From an uncultured delta proteobacterium (GTDB lineage Bacteria > Desulfobacterota > RBG-13-43-22), in contig CAWDKY010000033.1 of the NCBI GenBank assembly GCA_963802945.1, positions 1-64,000 on the forward strand: a DNA stretch of 64,000 nt. The letters are read 5' to 3'. Positions 44,230 through 55,072 of the stretch are shown piece after piece. A program made the position numbers and the translations under genes. The notes beneath the pieces were generated by a model. That model searched no databases. It saw only the letters and a list, made by a program, of their open reading frames with translations, and was not told where the DNA came from. Every line of letters begins with the position of its first letter. Position 1 is the first letter of the stretch.

Positions 44230-44342
44230 CATAATGGCTTTTTTCGATTCCATATTGATTTCCTGAGAAGTGATTTTTACGGGTGAAAGATCGCCTTCTG
44301 AGCGGAAGTAAAAAAGTTTGCCCAAAGGGAGAAAGAACACCA

Positions 44343-45512
44343 ATGAAGATCCATGAATACCAGGCCAAAACACTCTTTGCCCGATATGGGATACCGGTTC
44401 CTAAAGGAAACGTGGCCTTTTCCGTGGAAGGAGCGGCTCAAGTTTCCCGGGAAATCGGCCCTCCTCCCTATATCATTAAAGCCCAGATCCATGCCGGCGG
44501 CCGGGGAAAAGGCGGCGGGGTTAAAAAAGCCCAAGGCATTAACGAAGTGGAAAAGGTTTCTAAAGAAATCCTGGGCATGACCCTGATAACCCACCAAACC
44601 GGACCGGAAGGGAAAAAAGTCAGAAAGGTACTGGTTGAAGAAGGGTTGGAAATCGAAAAAGAATTTTATATGGGCATTGTCATGGACCGGGCCAAAGCCT
44701 GTCCGGTGATTATGGTCAGCTCGGCCGGAGGTATGGATATCGAAGAAGTGGCTGAAAAAACCCCTCACTTGATCAAAAGGGAATGGATCGAGCCGACGAT
44801 CGGATTTCAGTCTTTTCAAGCCCGCAACCTCATCTACAGTCTCCCTCTTTCCGCCCCGCTGATCAAATCAGGCTTAACGATATTAAACCAATCCTTCAAG
44901 CTCTTTGAAAACTACGATTGTTCTCTTCTGGAAATCAACCCGCTGGTGGCCACGAAGGACGGGCGTCTCATCGCCCTGGATGCCAAGATTACTTTTGATG
45001 ACAATGCCCTCTTCCGCCATAAAGACCTGCAGGAACTCCTTGATCCCGATGAACAGGACCCTCTGGAACTGGAGGCCGACCGCTACAACCTGAATTATAT
45101 CCGCTTAAACGGCAACATCGGGGTTATGGTCAACGGGGCCGGGTTGGCCATGGCCACTATGGATATCATTAAATTATACGGGGGAGAACCGGCTAACTTC
45201 CTGGATGTCGGCGGCGGGGCAAATGCCGAGATGATCGCCAAAGGGTCGCGGATCATTCTATCCGATGAACGGGTCCAGGCCATCCTGATCAATATTTTTG
45301 GAGGGATTTTACGCTGCGACGTTTTGGCCGAAGGTCTCATCGAAGCGACCCACAAGATGAAGATAAAAGTGCCATTGATTATTCGCCTGGAAGGCACCAA
45401 TGTGGAAAAAGGGCGGGAGATGTTGAATCAATCAGGTCTCAATTTTTTAGTGGCCCATACCATGGGGGAAGCGGCGCAAAAAATCAGTCAGTTGGTAAGT
45501 AAAAAGTTATAG
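44343..45512 (+). CDS. sucC: Succinyl-CoA synthetase beta subunit
   Basis: [42 protein letters not shown]. Confidence 0.96.
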   Translation: MKIHEYQAKTLFARYGIPVPKGNVAFSVEGAAQVSREIGPPPYIIKAQIHAGGRGKGGGVKKAQGINEVEKVSKEILGMTLITHQTGPEGKKVRKVLVEEGLEIEKEFYMGIVMDRAKACPVIMVSSAGGMDIEEVAEKTPHLIKREWIEPTIGFQSFQARNLIYSLPLSAPLIKSGLTILNQSFKLFENYDCSLLEINPLVATKDGRLIALDAKITFDDNALFRHKDLQELLDPDEQDPLELEADRYNLNYIRLNGNIGVMVNGAGLAMATMDIIKLYGGEPANFLDVGGGANAEMIAKGSRIILSDERVQAILINIFGGILRCDVLAEGLIEATHKMKIKVPLIIRLEGTNVEKGREMLNQSGLNFLVAHTMGEAAQKISQLVSKKL

Positions 45513-45522
45513 GAAATCATTT

Positions 45523-46395
45523 ATGAGCATTTTAGTTGGAAAAGACAGTCGGATTCTAGTTCAGGGAATCACCGGAAGGGAAGGCAGTTTTCATGCCCGG
45601 CAGATGCTCGACTATGGGACCAAGGTCGTTGCCGGAATGACCCCGGGAAAGGCAGGACAAACCGTAGAAGGGGTGCCGGTCTATCATACAGTGGAAGATG
45701 CCGTCCGAGAACAGAAGGCGAACTGCTCGATCATCTTTGTGCCTCCGGCCTCGGCCGCCGATTCCATTATGGAGGCGGCAGCAGCCGGGATTGAGGTCAT
45801 TGTCTGCATCACCGAGGGGATCCCCACATTGGATATGGTCCGCGTCAAACATTACCTGAAAGACAAACCTTCGGTCCTGATCGGCCCCAACTGCCCGGGT
45901 ATTATCAGCCCGGGGACTTGCAAGGTGGGCATCATGCCGGGATATATTTTTCAGCCCGGGTCGGTTGGTGTAATTTCCCGCAGCGGCACGTTGACCTATG
46001 AGGTGGTGGATCAGATCAGCAAACAGGGCCTGGGCCAGTCCACGTGTGTCGGCATCGGGGGAGACCCGATTATAGGTCTCTCTTTTATTGAGCTCTTAAC
46101 CCATTTCGCCCAGGACGAGCAAACCCAAGGAGTGGTCCTGATCGGCGAGATTGGTGGAAACGCAGAAGAAGAAGCCGCCCGGTTTATTCAGGACCATTTT
46201 CCTAAACCGGTTATCACCTTCATTGCCGGCCAGACTGCTCCGCCGGGGCGCAGGATGGGCCATGCCGGGGCCATCATTTCCGGTAAATCCGGGACAGCCC
46301 AGGAAAAAACGGCTGTTCTTCAGGCCGCCGGTATCCGGGTAATTCTGGATCTGACCAAGGTGGGGGAAGTGGTCGCGGAAGTGATGAAAAAATAA
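45523..46395 (+). CDS. sucD: Succinyl-CoA synthetase alpha subunit
   Basis: [26 protein letters not shown]. Confidence 0.96.
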   Translation: MSILVGKDSRILVQGITGREGSFHARQMLDYGTKVVAGMTPGKAGQTVEGVPVYHTVEDAVREQKANCSIIFVPPASAADSIMEAAAAGIEVIVCITEGIPTLDMVRVKHYLKDKPSVLIGPNCPGIISPGTCKVGIMPGYIFQPGSVGVISRSGTLTYEVVDQISKQGLGQSTCVGIGGDPIIGLSFIELLTHFAQDEQTQGVVLIGEIGGNAEEEAARFIQDHFPKPVITFIAGQTAPPGRRMGHAGAIISGKSGTAQEKTAVLQAAGIRVILDLTKVGEVVAEVMKK

Positions 46396-46478
46396 CAAAG
46401 GAAGATATTGGATAGCGGATAAAAGAAACCATCAAGCATCCAGTATCAGCTTTTGCCTTTATCCAGCATCCAGCATCA

Positions 46479-47033
46479 ATGAAGCTTTTATTACACATCT
46501 GTTGTGCCCCCTGTACGATCTTCCCGCTTACCGTCTTGCGGAATCAGGGTATTCAGATCAGCGGCTATTTCTATAATCCCAATATCCACCCTTTCAGGGA
46601 ACATGAAAAACGCAAAAATACGTTACAAGAATATGCCCGGATTTGTGGTCTTGAGGTCGTTTATAACGATCAATACGATCTTGAGCTTTTTTTAAATCGT
46701 ACCCGGCCCTGGGGACCGGAGCGTTGTCGGATCTGTTATGAGATCCGTCTTGAGTCGGCGGCCAAACAGGCCAAGGTGCAAGGTTTTGATGCCTTCAGCA
46801 CTACACTACTCTATAGTCGTTATCAAAAACATGATTGGATCAAAGAGGTCGGGACTCAAGTCGGGAAACGCCTTGAAATCCCTTTTCACTATCAGGATTT
46901 CCGGCCGGGTTGGAAGGAAGGGGTTTTAAAATCAAAAGAGCTTGGTTTATACCGCCAGCCCTATTGCGGCTGTATCTTCAGTGAAAAGGAACGCTTCTCG
47001 CCCAAGCCGGATAGGTCGAAGGAAAAATATTAG
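46479..47033 (+). CDS. queH: Epoxyqueuosine reductase QueH
   Basis: LLHICCAPC, NPNIHP, CRICY, YRQPYCGCIFS. Confidence 0.9.
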   Translation: MKLLLHICCAPCTIFPLTVLRNQGIQISGYFYNPNIHPFREHEKRKNTLQEYARICGLEVVYNDQYDLELFLNRTRPWGPERCRICYEIRLESAAKQAKVQGFDAFSTTLLYSRYQKHDWIKEVGTQVGKRLEIPFHYQDFRPGWKEGVLKSKELGLYRQPYCGCIFSEKERFSPKPDRSKEKY

Positions 47034-47182
47034 CCGCAGACGCCTACGGACCCCAATAGATAATATCAAAACCTTGGGCAGAAGACCCTGCTTTGTAAGG
47101 CGTGATTGAATGCCTCCAGACAATGAGTTTGAGGGCCTGAAGCCTTCAATCAAATAGATTAAATAGAAAGGAAAAATAAACC

Positions 47183-47899
47183 ATGGCTTTTTACGATTAT
47201 AAACTGGAAGAGCATGTAGCCGTGTTGACCATGAACAACGGGGAAAACCGTTTCACCCTTCCCTCTCTGGATGCCTTTTTAACAATTTTGGATGAAATCG
47301 AAAACCAACCTGCAGCCACCGTGCTGGTGGTTAAGAGTGCGGACACAAAAATCTGGTCCAACGGCATCGACCTAGACTGGTTGATGTCCGCCACGGCTGA
47401 AAACCCGGAAAAGGGCATGCAGTTTTCCATGCGGCTTATGCTACTCCTACGGCGCATTTTAACCTATCCTTTGATCACCATCGCCGCCATCAACGGCCAT
47501 GCCTTTGCCGGCGGGGCCATCATGGCCTGCGCCTTCGACTTTCGATTCATGCGGACCGATCGCGGTTATTTCTGCTTCCCGGAAGTAGACATCCAGATCC
47601 CTTTTATGCCGGGCATGGATGCCCTCATCAAGAAGGCCCTGCCCGGCCATCTTTCTCTGGAGGCCCAGTTGACCGGAAAACGTTACACGGCCGTGGAATT
47701 GGAGGCTCAAAAGGCTGTATTCAAGGCCTGCCACCTCGATGACCTGATGAATGAAGTCATGACCTTTGCCAAAACCATGAACAAGGGCCGGTCGATCCTA
47801 AAAACCATTAAGGAGGTAGGCTTTAAACACATCCTGCGGGTCATGGAAATCGATGATCCGATCTACATCGAAGAAAGAAAGGCCCAAGGCAGACTATAA
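47183..47899 (+). CDS. Enoyl-CoA hydratase/isomerase family protein
   Basis: WSNGID, INGHAFAGG, FPEVD. Confidence 0.88.
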   Translation: MAFYDYKLEEHVAVLTMNNGENRFTLPSLDAFLTILDEIENQPAATVLVVKSADTKIWSNGIDLDWLMSATAENPEKGMQFSMRLMLLLRRILTYPLITIAAINGHAFAGGAIMACAFDFRFMRTDRGYFCFPEVDIQIPFMPGMDALIKKALPGHLSLEAQLTGKRYTAVELEAQKAVFKACHLDDLMNEVMTFAKTMNKGRSILKTIKEVGFKHILRVMEIDDPIYIEERKAQGRL

Positions 47900-48038
47900 G
47901 CGGGCACGAATAAAAGGATACCAATTCACATCCTGAAAACAAGGTCAAGATCGTCCTCAAAAAAGGCTTTTGGACACTAGCCTAGCCTGAAAGAAACCGA
48001 GGCTTTCTTCAAGAAACTAAACGAAAGGAGAATTTGAT

Positions 48039-48848
48039 ATGTCTGAGCGTGTAGTTTATACAATGAATAACGGCGTGGCCGATGTTCGAATGAATCGTGT
48101 GGATAAAATGAATGCCTTAGACCCGGCCATGTTCGAAGCATTGACCGCAACGGGGAAGAAGCTGGCTACCGACAAATCACTCCGGGTTGTCGTCTTGTCG
48201 GGCAATGGGAAGGCCTTTAGCGCCGGCTTGGATTTTATGAGTTTTCAAGCCATGACCGATTCCAACCGGGAGGGTCTGAGTCGCCAAATATTTGAATTGG
48301 AAAAAGATAGTCCGGCTAATTTCGCCCAGCAAGTCGCCTTTGTCTGGCATATGCTGCCGGTCCCGGTCATTGCCGCCGTGCATGGGGTGGCCTTTGGTGG
48401 CGGACTCCAGGTGGCCCTGGGGGCCGATATTCGCATCGTCGCTCCGGATGTCCGGCTGTCGATCATGGAGATTAAATGGGGCCTGGTTCCGGATATGAGC
48501 GGAACACAGCTCTTGCGCCACCTGGTCAGATTGGACGTGGTTAAAGAACTGACTTATACCGGCCGCATTGTTTCTGCCAAGGAGGCCCTCGAAATCGGTC
48601 TGGTCACCCGGATCAGTGAAAACCCGCATGAGGAGGCCATGAAATTGGCCCGTGAAATCGCTTCCAAATCTCCGGATGCCATCAGGGCCGGGAAGAAGCT
48701 TTTAAACGCCTCCAGACTGGTCAGTGTTGCCGAAGGGCTAAAACTCGAAGCCGAACTTCAACATTCTATTATCGGCCAACCGAACCAGGTGGAAGCTGTC
48801 ATGGCCAACATGGAAAAAAGGGATCCTAAATTCAGGGATGTAGGTTGA
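48039..48848 (+). CDS. Crotonase/enoyl-CoA hydratase family protein
   Basis: FSAGLD, GGGLQVALGAD, EIKWGLVPDM. Confidence 0.92.
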   Translation: MSERVVYTMNNGVADVRMNRVDKMNALDPAMFEALTATGKKLATDKSLRVVVLSGNGKAFSAGLDFMSFQAMTDSNREGLSRQIFELEKDSPANFAQQVAFVWHMLPVPVIAAVHGVAFGGGLQVALGADIRIVAPDVRLSIMEIKWGLVPDMSGTQLLRHLVRLDVVKELTYTGRIVSAKEALEIGLVTRISENPHEEAMKLAREIASKSPDAIRAGKKLLNASRLVSVAEGLKLEAELQHSIIGQPNQVEAVMANMEKRDPKFRDVG

Positions 48849-49385
48849 TCTTGGGTTAAAATTCCTAAGAATCTCCTGCCTTCCAGGAAGAAGGTTTTCG
48901 CATGTCTAAAGGACTCTTGAAACCACAAACGGTAAGATCTGGTAATATATGCGAAGGTGTTCCATAGGGGTTTTACAGATTATATACGAAAGGAGCAATG
49001 GTGATGGATCGCAGGACTTTCATCAAGTCCGCTATGGTTCCGGAAGCGCCGTTAACCTGCTGATCGTTCCCTTAGACTATAACATCGACATCCATCACTC
49101 TTCCATCTTTACCATCGGCGGGCAGACCGGTAAGAACGACACCATAAAATTAGACAGCGGGTGTGTGAATTTTGATCCCCTGGCCGGGCCACAATTGTTC
49201 CTATTATAGCCAGATCCCTTGGGTGGGTCAGCGGCCGCGTCTGAGCCTGAGCCAACTGACAGGAATAATCTTTAATCCCTGCCCCTCTTTTCCGGCTAAC
49301 CACTTTCGCCAGGTCTCGGCGCCCTTCAAAAACCCCCTTTTTTGAACTGCGAATTTTATCAGCCAAACAAAAGGACGGAATGTTT

Positions 49386-51552
49386 TTATCGAAGTATGGA
49401 ACAGGATTTCAATTGAAAAACAGGAGGATGCTGGAATAGGTATCGGTCAGAAGGACGTATCTCTTTATTCGGGTGGGCCGAGAACAATTTTCTCCAGCCG
49501 GATTTGGAGGGTAAGGCGTTCGTTGGTTCTTCATTCCAGGTCAGCAGACACCATTTTGAAGAAAGCAGGTTAGGTCCCCTTTCCGGGTTAACGGAGGCCA
49601 GGCTATTGGCATTGATTGTCCGGGAGATACTGGCCACTACGGGGATGAGATCCAGATAGTTATTGTTCCACATGGACCAGGATAACCCCTCTTGGGTTTC
49701 AAGTGTCGGTCTATATTCCTTAAAGGCCTCCGTGGTAATGAGATGAACCGGTATGGAATCGCCGTTGAAGGCATCGATGATGATCACATCATAATCGGTC
49801 ATCCATTTTGGAGAGGTTAATTCGTCCGTCTCCAAAGATGTAGCGGATTTGAGCCGGTGAATTTTTTAGATAAGTGAAGTATCTCTCGGGCAATGCACAG
49901 AACATCAGGATGAGCTCATAGAAATCGATGACCTGCCCCAGCCGCCCGTAAGCGGCAATCGTTCCCACCCCTAACCCGACAGCGGCGATCTTTCCCGGGA
50001 ACGGCCTGATCGGGCTATCCAGAATTCTCCGACCAGGGTATCCCGGTGATAGTACGACAGGGGTTCATTGGCCCGGTCTTGGTTCAAATACTGAACGCCA
50101 TGCAGGGTTGTGCCGTTATAAAGCTTGAGAAAGACGCCGTCTTCTTCCATAAGTCGATAAAGGCCATAGTAGTTTCTATGGGTGTAAATCGTTTTGGACC
50201 ATAGCTTTTCCAGGGGATTCCCGGCAATCAGGAGAACGGCGATAAATACCAGAAGGGCCTGGGGCTTTGCCTTTATCTGCCGGGAAACGGCCCCAAAAAT
50301 GAACAGTAGCAAAAGGATGTCCAGTAAATGATAGGTTTTGAACTTCAGGGGCCAGACGATCATAAGGGCCGTAGGTAAGCGACCAGGCGGAAATCACGGA
50401 AGTTAGGGAAATCTCCCCGGTTTTTAGTAACAAGGCCCCTGTAATCAGGAGGAGTCCGAAAAGGTATTCAAAGTAAGGGTTGGGGATCAGCGGCAGGCGG
50501 GATCCAGGTGACCGCTATTCCCCCCAAGGCCCCGCCCAGGGCAATGATCAGATAAAAGGTCGTCAGTTGATCATTGTCCTGGGGCCGGCTGGTGTACAGT
50601 TCATACTGACAGAAGAGGCATAGGGCAAAGAGGAAGACAAAATAAAATAAAATGGTCAGCAGGAGGGGCAGGAAGGCACCGAGGTAGAGAAAGGCGATAA
50701 TGAAACTAATAGATAGGGCAGTCCTGGCTTCAGCCTCTTGGGGTAGAAGGGTTTATCCTTGAACGTGAGGACGAAAGAGAGAAGGTAAATGGCCAGCGGA
50801 ATGACCCAGAGCAGGGGGCATGGTGTTATGGTATAGGTTATAAAATTGGTGGTGGAAAGAAACAAGATCGAACCGGCTGCGGCCAGGAGAAGCCAGTAGG
50901 CCCTTTCTTTTTTTGAAGGGACTGAGCCTGGCAGGGATTTTTGGAGGTCTGCCCTGTCCCGGCTGGCGATCAGTTTAAAAGACAGCAGATAAAAAAGAGG
51001 AAAGGACCCATAGCCTATTCTCCAGATGGTCAATTGAGTGGGGATATCGGAATAATATTCAAAAATAAATGGATAACTTAAGAGCCGCAGAAGGAGCCGG
51101 CATTGGAAAAGGCATATAACAGGGCCGGGTTGCTATGCCGGGGCAGGTCGCTGGAGGCCAACCACATTTGCGTAATGACGCTCATGGTGGACAGGACAAA
51201 GAAGACCAGGCCGATACTCAAGGAAAGCTTTAGGAATATGTCCAGGATCATGGGAAGCATTTGACCCCTGGGCCATAACCGACAGGGATCTGCCGGGAAA
51301 GAATAACAAAGGGAGAAAAATCAGGAGCAGATGAAAACATCGGTATTTGAAAAAGCCGAATTTCCGGATAACCCAATGGGCGTACCAGTACCCGAAGAGC
51401 AGGGTGCATTGAAAAAAAACCACGCACCCGCCCCAGACCAAATAGGTCCCCCCGTATTTAGGCAGGAAAATCTTGGCCATAATCGACTCAATTTGAAAGA
51501 TTAGGAAGGCGGCCAGGAAGCTGAGGATATAAAGTAAGTAGGCTTTTTTCAT
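49386..51552 (-). pseudogene. Fragmented membrane spermidine-synthase-like (TM domain + SAM MTase) gene
   Basis: Collinear fragments: FFQCTLLFGYWYAH, LYAFSNAGS, PLLWVIPLAIYLLSF, RNYYG, GTTLHGVQ, YDVIIIDAFNGDSIPVHLITTEAF. At least five frame breaks. Confidence 0.78.
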
Positions 51553-51605
51553 GATTTGTATGGAAATATACTAATCTTTTCCGGTGAATCCGTCAAAAAA
51601 AACAG

Positions 51606-51729
51606 GGGCCCTTCAGTAGGCCCTTTAAAAAATAATTTGTCTTTAACTGCAAAATACAAAGGCAGGGGCAGAAAGGGGTCTCTGCCTTTTTTTGTGCAAA
51701 TTTCAAATAGTAATCCTTAATTTTCGGAA
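51606..51729 (+). repeat. PEP-CTERM-tail/terminator repeat, copy 1
   Basis: Aligns over about 120 bp with 62459-62578, including the AAAGGCAG...CTGCCTTTTTTT terminator. Confidence 0.75.
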
Positions 51730-51940
51730 TGATTTCTTTAGAAGAGTTGGGTATACTTCATCCTGCCTATTTTGACACTATCCGTCAAATCAAATACTGG
51801 ATAAAACATTTTACATTATCGGCTGTAAGGTGACTACAAAGAAAGGGATAAAGAAAAAATAATTTTAAAGCTCCCTGCTTCAAGGTGCAGTCCCGTCTTG
51901 GCGGGATTCCCTGCGGGGATTGACAAAATAAATTCCCGGT

Positions 51941-52738
51941 TTATCCTTTGTGAAAATGCATGTACCAGAGATACCGGGTGAATTCCTTAAATCCCAAGCG
52001 TCGATAGATCGGTTCCCCGAATGGACTGGCTTGAAGGATAACAGAGGATGCGCCTCTGCGGAAGGCCTCATTGGTCACGGTGGCCGTACAGACTTCGGCC
52101 AATCCTTTTTTCCGAAACGACTCCATGGTGCCTACCCAGTAAATACCGGCAATGGAGTGTGAAAAAATAATCATGGCGCAGGAAACCGGCTGTTCATCTA
52201 CATAAATGACAACCAGATAATTATAAGGTCGAATCATCCTTTCCGGATTTTCAAAAATTTTTTTCCCGATTTCTACGTCCATTCCCAGGCTCTGAAAACT
52301 ATTGATGGCCACTGCGGCGAAATCGGCGGCCCCGTCTTCATCCTCTATCGACTTGATTTTAAAGTCAGTCGGGAGGTCCTTTGCAGGAATCGGCTTATGG
52401 ACGGCCATCCCCGGAGTTTCGAATATTTTCGTCAGTTTAGCAATGACCGGCAGAGGTCCTCAAGATCGGAATCCAGATGCCGACGCACATAGAGGCTGTA
52501 GCCGCGTTTCCTGTTGCCGAAGAAGCTCTTGACCTTTTCCATGCACCTCCTCAGCCGGCGGCCAGGCATGGTTGCCGAGGCGAATGGCCGAATTGGTTTT
52601 CGGGGTTAAACCTCCTCCGGCGATCAGCAGAAGGTCATCCTGTTCCAGGATCTCACAATGGTTTGCCCAGCGGGCGGTTTCCCGTATGGATTCAGCATAA
52701 TTTAAATCAGCAAGATATATTAGATCGTGGTTGGTCAC
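51941..52738 (-). CDS. GNAT-family acetyltransferase; frameshifted
   Basis: AGIYWVGT..FRKKGLA, LQASPFGEPIYRRLGF; the N-terminus is in ORF 52460-52738. Confidence 0.8.
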
Positions 52739-52795
52739 GGGTGCTCCTTAACTAAACCCTCATACCCCTATGGGCACTAAAATTAATTTTAGGAT

Positions 52796-53174
52796 TCAAG
52801 TGAAAGGCGTGGAATTTAACTCTTGAATCTTAACTTTGTATTCCAAGATTTCAATTATCTTAGTTTGTATTTTCTCCACAATGACCTCGGCCATCTTCTC
52901 TTCCGGCATTGCTTCCAAATCCACCATCGTCCCGGAGATTACAATCCATCTTTTGGCCAAACGTCTGAGGGCTGGTTTATCCGCACAAGCCGTCGGGCAT
53001 CCGCAAACCAAAACGGCCTTTTCGTATGGGACGGCCGAATTGCTCCGTCACCAGTTTGCATTCCGGCGGCAGCAATTTTCTGATTTCTTGAACCAGGACC
53101 GATCGGTCAATAACGGGATTGCACCCTCCGCAATATTTTAAGCCTATCTCCTTAACCTTCTCTGCCAAGATCAT
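52796..53174 (-). CDS. Small Cys-rich hypothetical protein; frameshift near 53040
   Basis: IGLKYCGGCNPVIDR and VCGCPTACAD in adjacent frames. Confidence 0.7.
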
Positions 53175-53196
53175 TACCGGTTAAAGCTTTTTAAAG

Positions 53197-53328
53197 ATGA
53201 AATCGCAAAAAGTCGTCACCCCGGCGAAAGCTGGGGTCCAGGGGTTTGTTAACTTATTCAAGTTTCTGGATTCCGGGTCAAGCCCGGAATGACGAAAAAA
53301 GGTTCTTGCGACTTTTTGCGAGGCCATC
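53197..53328. repeat. REP-like doublet (family B) inside TCGCAAAAAGTC / GACTTTTTGCGA terminal repeats
   Basis: GTCACCCCGGCGAAAGCTGGGGTCCAG ... CTGGATTCCGGGTCAAGCCCGGAATGAC. Confidence 0.85.
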
Positions 53329-53433
53329 TTTAAACATTCATTCTTATACTGGATACTGGATTCGGAAAATCAAATTATTTAGATTACCCTAGCGATGTTT
53401 TCAGATTCGTAACCTCTCCCCTCCTAGAGCCAT

Positions 53434-54885
53434 TCATTCCTTGATCCCGGCAATATTTTTAGCCAGCTTTTTCTTGTACTCCAGGTTGCCCTGACGGGCG
53501 ATCATCACCCGCTGGGCCTGGGGTGATCCGGCCCCGTGCATGGACTCGGTCCGGTAGCCGACTGCAGCAGTTCCCAGGGTGATATTCTCGATGAGCCTCA
53601 ACATGCGGCACCGGTCTTCGGAGGAAACGGAGGCCACGCCCTTGATATATTTTTCCACCACCTTCCCAATTTCCGGATGACGCAGATCTTTTTCCGAGGC
53701 CATGGTAACCATGAGTCCGCCGGCAATATCTTCAGCCAATCTGGCGATCTCGTATGGAAAGCGGGTGACATTCTGCTTGCAGACATTGGCCAGCAACAGG
53801 TTGATCAAATAAGTCCCGGAGGCGGTTTTATGGCCTTCCGCCGAACAGGCAATGCCGCAGGCATACAGCGTTTCATTGAGATGCATCATCTCAATCAGTT
53901 TGTCCTTGATGTGGGAGGCCTTGGCCGCACCGTTGTAATCAGCCGCCACAGCCGCCGCCCCGATGAGCACGTCACCCACACCGACCTTGCATCCCCCATA
54001 ACTTTGACGATGATACCCGGCGAACCGTTCCACCAGCAGACCGCTGTATTCATATTCGCCGCACATCAAAACGTTTTCCCAGGGGACAAAAAGATTATCA
54101 AAGACCATGAGCGCTTCATGGCCGCCGAAGCGGGCGTTGCCTACATCGATTTCCCCACCCTCCAGCTTGCGCGTGTCGCAGGACTGACGGCCGTAGATAT
54201 AGAAGATACCTTGGGCATCCGCCGGCGCCACGAAAGAAACGGCATAGTCGGCATCCTCTTTTCTCATGGCCATGGTCGGCATCACCAGGATCCAATGGGA
54301 ATTTATGGCTCCGGTCTGGTGCGCTTTGGCCCCGCGGACCACGATACCTTTATCGTTTTTCTCGACCACATGCACATACAAATCCGGATCGGCCTGTTGG
54401 CTGGGTGGCAGGCTGCGGTCTCCTTTCGGATCGGTCATGGCGCCGTCAACGGTCCAGTCCTCCTCCTGCATCCTTTCAAGGAAGTGGGTAAATCGTTCAT
54501 GGTAATGGGTGCCCAGTTTCTGATCCATTTCAAAGGTGACGCTGTCCACGGCATTGATGGCATCCATGCCGACGCAGCGCTGAAAGCAGGCTGCGGTTTG
54601 CTGTCCCAGAAGCCGCTGCATCTTGACTTTCTTGACCAGGTCTTCGGTGCTTTGATGCAGGTGACAGAAGCGGTTGATCTTCTTGCCCGTCAGATGGGAT
54701 TGGGCGGTCATCAGATCCTCGTGTCCCGGATCCTGGGCCAGGGTATAAGTCATTTTTACCGAATTCATCGACGGTCTGATGATGGGATGATCCACCGGAT
54801 TTTTCACCAGTTCACCCATCAAGTAGATTTTAAAATTAAGCTTACGTAAACTTGCTTCATATTCTTCCGGCGTTTTAAGTGCCAT
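53434..54885 (-). CDS. abfD: 4-hydroxybutyryl-CoA dehydratase / vinylacetyl-CoA isomerase
   Basis: CFQRCVGMDA and HRQSYGGCKVG (3 Cys + His Fe-S ligands), MTDPKGDR, ESMHGAGSP. Confidence 0.88.
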   Translation of the reverse strand: MALKTPEEYEASLRKLNFKIYLMGELVKNPVDHPIIRPSMNSVKMTYTLAQDPGHEDLMTAQSHLTGKKINRFCHLHQSTEDLVKKVKMQRLLGQQTAACFQRCVGMDAINAVDSVTFEMDQKLGTHYHERFTHFLERMQEEDWTVDGAMTDPKGDRSLPPSQQADPDLYVHVVEKNDKGIVVRGAKAHQTGAINSHWILVMPTMAMRKEDADYAVSFVAPADAQGIFYIYGRQSCDTRKLEGGEIDVGNARFGGHEALMVFDNLFVPWENVLMCGEYEYSGLLVERFAGYHRQSYGGCKVGVGDVLIGAAAVAADYNGAAKASHIKDKLIEMMHLNETLYACGIACSAEGHKTASGTYLINLLLANVCKQNVTRFPYEIARLAEDIAGGLMVTMASEKDLRHPEIGKVVEKYIKGVASVSSEDRCRMLRLIENITLGTAAVGYRTESMHGAGSPQAQRVMIARQGNLEYKKKLAKNIAGIKE

Positions 54886-55072
54886 TAGCTTTCCTCCTTA
54901 GAAATGAATTCAAGGGGTCAAGGAAGCTAAAACCCTCGACCCCTGTTTTTGTATTTAATCTATTTTATTGTCTATGCCCCGATCTGCAATGAGGCACTTC
55001 GAAACATAAAAACCGTCGTTCTCCGAATTCCAAACTTCCTGCCTGTCCGCAGGCTCCGAACTATTTTTTGTA

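Noticed and set aside
53536-54849. 437-aa antisense ORF opposite abfD
   Set aside because: Shadow frame of a conserved gene; no recognisable motifs.
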